DNA from: a virus
Strand: one strand, 5' to 3'
Length of the DNA stretch: 34,043 bases
UHGV virus genome: UHGV-0081034
In this document: positions 1-7,118 of the stretch, piece after piece
How the letters are laid out: each line of letters starts with the position of its first letter
Position numbering within the stretch: position 1 is the stretch's first letter
The notes under the pieces: model-generated
Databases searched by the model: none
Told to the model about the DNA's origin: nothing
The model's input: only the letters and a program-made list of their open reading frames with translations
Translations under genes and position numbers: made by a program

Positions 1-113
1 ACTGGACGGGTACGGAGGACGATGAAGATGAACTGGACAAGACGGATGGTCCATCCGAAGAGGATGAAGATGCAGACGATCCAGAAGCCGATGATAATAA
101 GAGTAATGAGTAA
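1..113 (+). CDS. Portal protein, C-terminal 37 codons (continuation of the ORF that starts at 32663; acidic tail ...SEEDEDADDPEADDNKSNE*)
   Basis: Frame continuity: the last base of the window (g) plus bases 1-2 (ac) gives GAC, then an open frame to TAA at 111-113. Acidic C-terminus is typical of SPP1 gp6-like portals. Confidence 0.7.
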   Translation, partial: WTGTEDDEDELDKTDGPSEEDEDADDPEADDNKSNE

Positions 114-122
114 GGTGATTAA

Positions 123-1706
123 ATGGATATCATGGAAAGTCAGCAGATTGCTGAAGAGATTGACGGGTATTACATAGACCTGGAGAGTCAGATCATGCAG
201 AATATTGCCAAGCATCTAAGTGACTGGGGGCAGCCGATTGCATCCGATGAGTGGCAACTCCGCAAGCTCGCGGAAATCGGAAAGCTGGACCGAGAACATA
301 TCCTATTAATTGCAAGAATGTCGGGAATCAGTCAGACTGCAGCTATAAGGATGCTGAACGAGACGGTAGAGAAATCTATCAAGACGATCGACAGGGGACT
401 TCAAAAGGCGGCAAGAGATGGGCTCGCAGGTATTCCAGTAGCAGCAAAGAAGAGCAAGGATGTAAAGGATATGATGCAGATGTACCGAAAACAGACGAAA
501 GATTCTTTAAATACCTGTTGTACCACTATGCTGTACAAGGCGAATGTGGCGTATGTCGGACTTGTGAATGATATCACGAGAGAAGCACACATGATTCTGT
601 CAAGTTCTGCCACAGGCGTTGTATCCGGTGTAGAGTCCAGACAGCAGGCAATGGTGAAGTGCATTCGGAGGTTTTGTGAAAAAGGAATCCCGGCGTTTGT
701 TGATAAAGCTGGACGGGAGTGGACTCCTGAAGCCTATGTTAATATGTGCATGAGAAATACCGCCAAGAGAGTGGCAGACGAGGCACAGGATGCAAGGTGC
801 AGGGAAGCAGGAGTTAATCTGATTCTGATTGACAGCCATTCGGGAGCACGCCCGAAATGTGCAAAAGATCAGGGGAAAGTATTTGACCTGAATAACGGGA
901 GCGGATATACGCAAGACCTGCATGGGAAAAAAATAAGGTATTATCCGTGGAACTCATCCAGTTATGGAGAACCGGACGGAATCCTTGGAATTAATTGCCG
1001 TCATCACAAGTGGCCGTTCATTCCGGGGGTGAGTGTGCAGAGGTATTTTCCTATGGAAGACATGGCAGAGAATGACAGGCTGTATAAGCAGACGCAGATA
1101 CAGAGGGCTCTTGAGCGGGATGTCAGAAAGCAGAAGAGGCTCTGCATGATGTATGATGCTTCAGGAAATGAAGAAGCTTTCAAAGAGGCTGCTGTAAAGC
1201 TGAAAGGTGCAGAGAAGAAACTCAAGGGGTATGTAAGCGATACACCGGGACTGCACAGAAGATCTGACAGGGAGAGGGTGGTTGGGTTTGATAAGAGAGT
1301 ATCGGCTGAAGCTGTTGCGAAGAATAAGAAAGTACAAAAAGAAGTTGATATTAAGAAAAGAAATGATAAAATAAAAGCAGAGCTATCAGAAGCAAAAATA
1401 AAAGGTGTTCCACAAATCAGTCCAGATAAAATAGATGTTTCAAAATTTACATTTGACACTGCTCATATAAATGCAGAAAGAGAACATGGCGTTTCCAGGA
1501 ATGAAGCGGAAAGGTTTATAAAAGAAGCTGATATATCTCTTACACGCTGGAACGGAAGATTTGTAAATTATTACGGACCTAATGGAGCCGTGTATGTTGA
1601 TATGGAAAATAATAATATCCGAACAGCATTTAAGAAAGAGCAATTTGATGAACCAACATTGAAAATCAGGGAGGTGGCAGAAAAATATGGCATCAAAAAA
1701 GATTAA
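123..1706 (+). CDS. MuF / SPP1 gp7-like minor head (head morphogenesis) protein with an extended C-terminus (K-rich linker plus ~100-aa terminal domain; candidate polymorphic toxin domain)
   Basis: 527 aa. Central region carries Phage_Mu_F-like motifs (VFDLNNGSGYTQDLHGKK...GINCRHHKWPFIPG). RBS aaggtga before ATG 123. Position immediately after portal. C-terminal ~200 aa lies beyond the usual MuF core. Confidence 0.8.
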   Translation: MDIMESQQIAEEIDGYYIDLESQIMQNIAKHLSDWGQPIASDEWQLRKLAEIGKLDREHILLIARMSGISQTAAIRMLNETVEKSIKTIDRGLQKAARDGLAGIPVAAKKSKDVKDMMQMYRKQTKDSLNTCCTTMLYKANVAYVGLVNDITREAHMILSSSATGVVSGVESRQQAMVKCIRRFCEKGIPAFVDKAGREWTPEAYVNMCMRNTAKRVADEAQDARCREAGVNLILIDSHSGARPKCAKDQGKVFDLNNGSGYTQDLHGKKIRYYPWNSSSYGEPDGILGINCRHHKWPFIPGVSVQRYFPMEDMAENDRLYKQTQIQRALERDVRKQKRLCMMYDASGNEEAFKEAAVKLKGAEKKLKGYVSDTPGLHRRSDRERVVGFDKRVSAEAVAKNKKVQKEVDIKKRNDKIKAELSEAKIKGVPQISPDKIDVSKFTFDTAHINAEREHGVSRNEAERFIKEADISLTRWNGRFVNYYGPNGAVYVDMENNNIRTAFKKEQFDEPTLKIREVAEKYGIKKD

Positions 1707-1866
1707 ATGCCCGTTATTAGGGAATGAAATTGAAGATGGGATATGCTTTGATATTCACATGAATGTTGAAGGACTGGCACCTGATTGGACGATTCCGGAA
1801 GCAGTGCTAAAAGTCGAAGATTACAAGGAAATCTGTTCGAAGTGTTCAAATCATAGAGAGGACTAA
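1687..1866 (+). CDS. Small Cys-rich protein (59 aa, C8/C20/C50/C53) overlapping the 3' end of the MuF gene; candidate immunity protein or zinc ribbon
   Basis: ATG 1687 preceded by gggaggtgg at ~1669-1677. ORF MASKKIKCPLLGNEIEDGICFDIHMNVEGLAPDWTIPEAVLKVEDYKEICSKCSNHRED. Below the ORF-track length cutoff. Located exactly where MuF-toxin immunity genes sit. Confidence 0.35.
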   Translation: MASKKIKCPLLGNEIEDGICFDIHMNVEGLAPDWTIPEAVLKVEDYKEICSKCSNHRED

Positions 1867-1926
1867 TGCCACGGATCAGAACTGGTCGGTGGTATTTTTG
1901 TACTCTTTTTTAGGAGGTGATGCGGT

Positions 1927-2253
1927 TTGATTGCGGTAAACTTTACACCGCTTGGTCTGACGGTAGACGGCCATGCAGGATTTGCAAAAACCGGGAATGA
2001 TATCATATGTGCAGCGGTATCAGCATTAGCACAGGGACTTGTACATTCACTTGTATCCCTTACGGATGATGAGATTTCTTACCATTTTGCTGACGGACAT
2101 ATAGATATAAGTTATGAGAATCTATCAGAAAGAGGAAAACTTCTGGTCGATTCTTTTTTTATTGCTGTGAGTGATATTAATACGACTTACGGTGATGATT
2201 ATGTGAGAATTACGGCCGACGGGCGTAAAACGGAGAAGGGAGAAGCACGATGA
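1927..2253 (+). CDS. prp: Prp-family cysteine protease (ribosomal-processing protease homolog, DUF464)
   Basis: 108 aa with the diagnostic DGHAG ... DIICAAVSA His/Cys motifs of Prp. TTG start 6 nt after aggaggtga. Sits between MuF and scaffold, as in Prp-dependent Firmicutes phages. Confidence 0.85.
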   Translation: MIAVNFTPLGLTVDGHAGFAKTGNDIICAAVSALAQGLVHSLVSLTDDEISYHFADGHIDISYENLSERGKLLVDSFFIAVSDINTTYGDDYVRITADGRKTEKGEAR

Positions 2254-2906
2254 AGCTTATGAATATGAAAAAAAGATATTGGACATACGATCTGCAGTTA
2301 TTTGCAGAGGGGGATGGAGACGATTCCGGGGATGACGGAGAGGATGACGCGGAAGGCGATGACGATGATTCGGAAGAGGATGAAGACGACGCTGATCCAG
2401 AAGGTGATGAGAAGAAATTCTCCCAGAAAGAAGTAGATGAAGCTGTGAAAAAGCGTCTTGCAAGGGAACGCAGAAAATGGCAGAGAGAACAGCGGAAGAA
2501 AGCTGGAAGTAAAAAGAAACCTGACGGTAAGGAAAAAACCGGAGAAGATGGCAAAGAGGATGATGAAGAAACACAGGAACTCCGTAACAAGGCAGCCAAA
2601 GCGGAAGAGATGGAACTGAAATGGACGTGTCTGGAGCATGACGTGGACAAGTCCTGTGTAGATGATGTCCTTGCATTGGCTAGAGTGCATATGGCAAAAG
2701 ACGAGGATATGGACATCGAAGATGCAATCGACGAGGTATTGAAAAAGTATCCACAGTTTAAGGAGTCCTCTAAAGAGGATGATGATACCGATGACGATGA
2801 TACAAAGAAGAAGTCCTGGGGACAGAGACAGAACGGCGGAAGAAAAAAAACTTCAGGAGTTGAAGCTGCTTTTCTGAAAAGAAATCCGGGGCTTAAGATT
2901 GATTAA
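2250..2906 (+). CDS. Scaffolding protein with N-terminal Prp-type leader (…YDLQLFA|EG) and an extremely acidic mature N-terminus
   Basis: 218 aa, K/E/D-rich and helical-looking. Precedes the major capsid gene. Carries an LQLFA motif matching the Prp cleavage consensus (L27 N-terminus LNLQFFA). Alternative in-frame starts at 2259 and 2265 give a 14-aa leader. Confidence 0.7.
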   Translation: MKLMNMKKRYWTYDLQLFAEGDGDDSGDDGEDDAEGDDDDSEEDEDDADPEGDEKKFSQKEVDEAVKKRLARERRKWQREQRKKAGSKKKPDGKEKTGEDGKEDDEETQELRNKAAKAEEMELKWTCLEHDVDKSCVDDVLALARVHMAKDEDMDIEDAIDEVLKKYPQFKESSKEDDDTDDDDTKKKSWGQRQNGGRKKTSGVEAAFLKRNPGLKID

Positions 2907-2919
2907 AGGAGAAAAAAAG

Positions 2920-3822
2920 ATGAAAAATAAAAAAGTTATTATGTTTTTACAGCTGTTTGCACATTCACATCAGGAAAGATGGTCTACTCTTGTAGATGCA
3001 AAGCTGAGACAGACACTCGTTACAAGAGATAATTATATTTTCAATACGAATTACGAAGGAAGCCCGACAGCTGGAAAGGTCAAGATTCCGGTAAGAGATA
3101 CGGAGGTCACGGTAAAAGCCTACGACAAAGCGACAGGTGTAGATCTTGAAACTGGAACCACAACCTACATTGACCTTAACATTGATCAGGACATGGCAGT
3201 CAATGAACTGATCGACGGTTATGATGCCGCGGCCGTTCCAGATAATATTGTTGCAGATCGCCTGGATTCTGCTGGATACTCTCTTGCACTGGACATGGAT
3301 AAAAAGTCTATCAATCTGCTTGAGACTACAAGTGGAATAAAGGTATGTGCTACCAAAACAGCAGCAACAGACTCTACAGCATACAAAGAAGTTCTGGATG
3401 CAAAGACATATCTGACAAGAACCGGAGTTCCACAGGCAGGACGCTGGCTGATCTGTTCTCCTGAATTCATGGCAGTGCTTATGATGGATGATCATTTTAT
3501 CCGTCAGGGAGATCTGTCCCAAGAACTGAAGAATGCAGGAGCGGTTGGATCTGTAGCGGGATTCGCAGTATTTGAGTCTGGCAACACAATGTATGCGAAT
3601 GCGACGATCGTCGGATCCAAGAAGACAACAACAGAGTTTATTGCCGGTCATCCAAACTGGTGCCACCGTGTCCAGGAGTGGGCTGTACAGGTGCACGCCC
3701 AGGATCTTGCCGGATCCGGTAAATTCATTGGAGCATCTGCGGTGCAGGGGCGTAAGATCTTCGGTCTTAAAATCTCCAAACCACAGACTGTGTATGTCAA
3801 GAGAACCGAAGCTGCAGCGTAA
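2920..3822 (+). CDS. Major capsid protein with N-terminal Prp-type leader (MKNKKVIMFLQLFA|HS)
   Basis: ATG 2920 follows aaaggag. The upstream ATG 2899 overlaps the RBS and the scaffold stop. ~300 aa directly after scaffold. Carries an LQLFA motif. Confidence 0.75.
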   Translation: MKNKKVIMFLQLFAHSHQERWSTLVDAKLRQTLVTRDNYIFNTNYEGSPTAGKVKIPVRDTEVTVKAYDKATGVDLETGTTTYIDLNIDQDMAVNELIDGYDAAAVPDNIVADRLDSAGYSLALDMDKKSINLLETTSGIKVCATKTAATDSTAYKEVLDAKTYLTRTGVPQAGRWLICSPEFMAVLMMDDHFIRQGDLSQELKNAGAVGSVAGFAVFESGNTMYANATIVGSKKTTTEFIAGHPNWCHRVQEWAVQVHAQDLAGSGKFIGASAVQGRKIFGLKISKPQTVYVKRTEAAA

Positions 3823-3835
3823 GGAGCTGATCTAA

Positions 3836-4219
3836 ATGTATGTAGATGAGTCATATTATTATGATACTTTCAACGGAGAGTCGGTAGAGTCCGCCGACTT
3901 TCCTGGATTATGCAGAAGAGCTGGAGAACTGATTGAGGAACTGACACTGTATCGGTTGACAGAAACAGGATTTCTTGTGATGCCGGCAGAGATGCAGACA
4001 GCTGTAAAGAATGCTGTGTGCGCGCAGATAGAATATCTGGACGCTAACGGTGGCGCTGAGATGGATATGGGGAATGGAATGTCAGGAGCAACGCTTGGCA
4101 AGTTTTCGTACTCTGGAGCATCTTCCGGTTCCGGATCAACGGAACAGTCGATATTTTCGCCAAGAGCGGAGAGAATACTCTGGCCAACTGGGTTGACTTA
4201 CCGGGGAGGTAGATATTGA
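3836..4219 (+). CDS. Head-tail connector protein (gp6/SPP1 gp15-like)
   Basis: 127 aa. Position immediately after the capsid gene. Start overlaps the late operon tightly. Family assignment rests on synteny and size. Confidence 0.5.
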   Translation: MYVDESYYYDTFNGESVESADFPGLCRRAGELIEELTLYRLTETGFLVMPAEMQTAVKNAVCAQIEYLDANGGAEMDMGNGMSGATLGKFSYSGASSGSGSTEQSIFSPRAERILWPTGLTYRGGRY

Positions 4220-4566
4220 TGAGACCGATTTCAAAGAAATTGTTAATCCATACAGTTACGCTGTATAAGAAAATCAGTACAGATAAATGGGGAAGCGAGA
4301 AGTTGGATACCGGACAGACATTATCCAATATCAGAATAGAGCCTTCCAAGCAGATTATTCGTGATAAGAATAACGCAGAGGTACAGTTGGCTGCTACGCT
4401 TTTCTATGACTGTCGCAACAGTAGGCCTTCTGATGTTTCTTTTGAGGTTGATCAGATTATTGATTTTAACGGACAGAAGCATCAGATTAAGACGGTAGAG
4501 CCTCTGTATGATAACTCGAAGCTACATCATTATGAAATAGGAATGGTGAGATATGGCAAAAATTAA
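4216..4566 (+). CDS. Head closure / head-tail adaptor protein (SPP1 gp16-like)
   Basis: 116 aa. ATGA overlap with the upstream gene. Synteny-based call. Confidence 0.45.
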   Translation: MMRPISKKLLIHTVTLYKKISTDKWGSEKLDTGQTLSNIRIEPSKQIIRDKNNAEVQLAATLFYDCRNSRPSDVSFEVDQIIDFNGQKHQIKTVEPLYDNSKLHHYEIGMVRYGKN

Positions 4567-4957
4567 CACTCGTGTTACGCTACATACGTCACGAGCAGTG
4601 GCAATGATTAAGGCGGCAAGCAATGATGCCCTGACTGTTATGGGGAATCAGGCATTGCAAGATGTATCTAAACATGTACCCCGTGATCAGGGAACATTAG
4701 AGAGTAGCGGATTGTCGGGCAGTGATACAAAGGCCGTGGATGGTAAATATACTATGCGTTGGAATACACCGTATGCTCAATATCTCTGGAACGGAGATGT
4801 GATGTACGGAAATCCAACGGAAAGGCGATATGGTCCAAAAAAGATTTCATTCACATCTGCACTTGCGCATGAGGAATGGGCGAAGTACGCAAGAGAAGTA
4901 TACGGCGAACAGTGGAAGCAAGTGTATCAGGCAGCGCTAAAAAGGAGGCTTAAGTGA
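4553..4957 (+). CDS. HK97 gp10-like tail completion / neck protein
   Basis: 134 aa. Translationally coupled to neighbours. Synteny between the head closure and tail tube genes. Confidence 0.5.
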   Translation: MAKINTRVTLHTSRAVAMIKAASNDALTVMGNQALQDVSKHVPRDQGTLESSGLSGSDTKAVDGKYTMRWNTPYAQYLWNGDVMYGNPTERRYGPKKISFTSALAHEEWAKYAREVYGEQWKQVYQAALKRRLK

Positions 4958-5340
4958 TGCTGACAGAATTATTAGAACTAATTGCAGATACGGCAGAGAA
5001 GAACTGCAATCTCGGCACGGAGATTTCCCTGGAAGAGCTTCCCAAAGATGGAGGAATCTATGCTGAGCTTGGAGAAGGATTTACGGAATCGACAAGCTAC
5101 AACAAGCAGGAAGTCAAGACAATCCCGGTATTGTTCTTGTGCCGGCATGCAGATCAGAAGCGTTGCCTGGAACAACTGTGTGAGATTGTCGGATACCTGC
5201 AGGGATTAAAGAAGTATCCACAAGGAAAGACATTTTCGTGGCTGGATACATCCATTGCCAAGGAACCAAGTAAAATAGGGCGAGATGAAGACGGAGTATA
5301 CCATTACTCCTGCATCTTGAACTGCAAGATATATTGTTAA
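4954..5340 (+). CDS. Tail terminator / tail-to-head joining protein (SPP1 gp17-like)
   Basis: 128 aa. ATGA overlap with the upstream gene. Sits immediately before the tail tube gene. Confidence 0.4.
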   Translation: MMLTELLELIADTAEKNCNLGTEISLEELPKDGGIYAELGEGFTESTSYNKQEVKTIPVLFLCRHADQKRCLEQLCEIVGYLQGLKKYPQGKTFSWLDTSIAKEPSKIGRDEDGVYHYSCILNCKIYC

Positions 5341-5354
5341 GAAAGGGTGATATT

Positions 5355-5846
5355 ATGAAGAACATGGATTTACAGATATTCGCGGAGCCAGATGTCCCAA
5401 GTAATCCGATTACTCCGGAAATCAACTATGAGACAGAGGCGTTCATCAACACGTCTCCGGCGGAAGGACAGCCTACCTGGGCGTCGCTTGCAAATCTGAC
5501 AACCAATATGGCGCAGAGCTTAAATGAGGTCATTCAACAGCTTACTTATTACGCCGACAAAGGCTGGGGATCCAGTGAGGTAACAGGTGCACAGCTTACA
5601 TTAACGCTGACAGGCTCAGTGAAGCCAGGAGATGATGCGTGTGATTACATTCTGGGTGACGATGTGATGTATGGACTCGGTGAGAAGAGAAAGACGCACA
5701 TGAAGATTCAGAAGGGCAAGAAAGTAATTATCTGGCCAATCACGTTGGCAAATATTACTCCGGCTTATGGAGATGCGAACAATATCAATTCACTGACTGT
5801 GACTATTCATGGTAATGGACGTCCGTCAATTGGAACAACAGTGTAG
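5355..5846 (+). CDS. Major tail (tube) protein, by position, carrying an N-terminal Prp-type leader MKNMDLQIFA|EP
   Basis: ATG 5355 follows aagggtga. 163 aa. Followed by a strong terminator and then the tail assembly chaperones and tape measure gene. LQIFA motif at residues 6-10. Confidence 0.55.
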   Translation: MKNMDLQIFAEPDVPSNPITPEINYETEAFINTSPAEGQPTWASLANLTTNMAQSLNEVIQQLTYYADKGWGSSEVTGAQLTLTLTGSVKPGDDACDYILGDDVMYGLGEKRKTHMKIQKGKKVIIWPITLANITPAYGDANNINSLTVTIHGNGRPSIGTTV

Positions 5847-5870
5847 GGAGGGCATAGCTCTCCCTTTTTA
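5846..5870 (+). terminator. Rho-independent terminator after the tail tube gene (GGGAGGGC…GCTCTCCC + TTTTT)
   Basis: Stem-loop at 5846-5864 followed by a T5 run. Classic attenuation point between the major tail gene and the chaperone/TMP genes. Confidence 0.6.
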
Positions 5871-5883
5871 GGAGGTAAAGATC

Positions 5884-6327
5884 ATGGCATATCAGGCAAA
5901 ACGAAACAAAAGATTTGAGGAAGACTTCGAACTGGTCGATGAAAACGGCGTTGTGCAGCACACATTAAAAGTATCCTTGGATGCAGATGATATGGTCGCA
6001 AAGATCAATCGGAAATACACGGCACTGGTCAAAGCGCTTTCGGATGTGCAGGAAATCAAAAGAAAAGAAGCCAGCAACGAACAGTTAAGTGATGCGGTCG
6101 AGATGCTTGGAAGAGCAGAAATTGACATGTTTGAAGCTGTATTTGGAGCAGAGGGGACAGAGGTCATTCAGCAGTTCTACAAAGACCATTACATTGAGAT
6201 GGCAAAGGAAGTCATTCCATTTATCACCGGAGTTGTTATTCCAAGGCTTACTGAAATTAAGGCGGAAAATAAGAAAGTATTGGTGAGTCAGTATAATCGC
6301 GCGAAAAAGAGACGGAGATTCTGGTAA
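5884..6327 (+). CDS. Tail assembly chaperone (G-like)
   Basis: 147 aa, acidic. Sits immediately upstream of the tape measure region. Ends in a TAATG overlap with the next ORF, which lies in the -1 frame. Confidence 0.6.
   Translation: MAYQAKRNKRFEEDFELVDENGVVQHTLKVSLDADDMVAKINRKYTALVKALSDVQEIKRKEASNEQLSDAVEMLGRAEIDMFEAVFGAEGTEVIQQFYKDHYIEMAKEVIPFITGVVIPRLTEIKAENKKVLVSQYNRAKKRRRFW
6303..6309 (+). promoter_or_regulatory. Candidate -1 programmed frameshift heptamer G_AAA_AAG producing a G-T chaperone fusion
   Basis: Zero-frame codons GCG AAA AAG. The -1 frame is open from 6297 through ATG 6327 into the 200-aa downstream ORF. Confidence 0.35.
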
Positions 6328-6929
6328 TGGGAGTCTTGACAGAGCTTCCGTCCTATCGTATTTGCACAGACAAAGGGAGATTTGACATCAACCCGGCTTT
6401 TGATGTTGTCCTTGAGGTACAGAGGCTGTACAAAGAGGAATCGCTGACGGATTATGAAAAGATTCAACAGGCGTTGAATATGTTGGTTCGAAACAGGTGG
6501 AATCTCAGGTTATTGAAACCGGCAGAACAGTTGAAGCTCATGCAGGATATCACAAGCAGATATATTGAAGTGGAAAAGCGCCCACAGATTAAGAAGAGTC
6601 CAGTTCCAGTGTTGGATTTTGAACGGGACGGAGATTATATCTATGCTTCATTCATGCAGGCATACAGGATTGATCTGATTGACGAGCAGGGAAGATTACC
6701 CTGGAAAAAGTTCTTGTATCTGTTCAATGGATTGCCGGTGGATACAAAAATCAAACAGATTATGCGGATCAGGCAGATGCCGGTTCCGGAATACAACGGT
6801 AAGAATTCAAAAGAGATACAGGAAATCAATGAGATGAAATCTTATTATGCTCTTCCGGTGCAAGGCGGAGGAGGACAGTCTGGATTAGATCTATTGTTCC
6901 ATACATTGGAGGGAATGGCAAAGAGATGA
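6327..6929 (+). CDS. Tail assembly chaperone T-part (also expressed as a GT fusion by -1 frameshift)
   Basis: 200 aa. In -1 frame relative to 5884-6327. Canonical G/GT arrangement before the tape measure gene. Confidence 0.55.
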   Translation: MGVLTELPSYRICTDKGRFDINPAFDVVLEVQRLYKEESLTDYEKIQQALNMLVRNRWNLRLLKPAEQLKLMQDITSRYIEVEKRPQIKKSPVPVLDFERDGDYIYASFMQAYRIDLIDEQGRLPWKKFLYLFNGLPVDTKIKQIMRIRQMPVPEYNGKNSKEIQEINEMKSYYALPVQGGGGQSGLDLLFHTLEGMAKR

Positions 6930-7078
6930 TAGCAGACGGAAAGAAAATTAAAAAGGTAGAGTGTCCACATTGCGGACATAAACAGAACATATTTTACCAA
7001 ACAGGAGCCAGTTGCAGAGGGCTCTTTTTTAAGTGCAAAAATCCAGACTGCAGAAAAGAATTTGAAATAAGACTATAA
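6926..7078 (+). CDS. Small zinc-ribbon protein (50 aa; CPHC … C … CKNPDC), Com-like
   Basis: ATG 6926 overlaps the stop of the upstream gene (ATGA). Two Cys pairs spaced as in a zinc ribbon. Below the ORF-track cutoff. Confidence 0.4.
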   Translation: MIADGKKIKKVECPHCGHKQNIFYQTGASCRGLFFKCKNPDCRKEFEIRL

Positions 7079-7118
7079 CAGCCATTGTGCCACTGTGCCG
7101 GCGAGACGATAAAGGCAG

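Noticed and set aside
2210-2716. Three long minus-strand ORFs (2210-2716, 2257-2676, 2298-2690) opposite the scaffold gene
   Set aside because: They are antisense to a low-complexity acidic coding region. Ser/Pro/Leu-rich translations are typical of spurious reverse-frame ORFs. They have no RBS and overlap a well-supported gene.
2899-2919. Alternative upstream starts for the capsid gene (2899), the Uma2 gene (18397) and the 22502 gene (22903)
   Set aside because: The upstream ATGs lack RBSs, overlap the upstream gene or the RBS itself, or add hydrophobic low-complexity extensions. The internal starts have canonical GGAGG-like RBSs.
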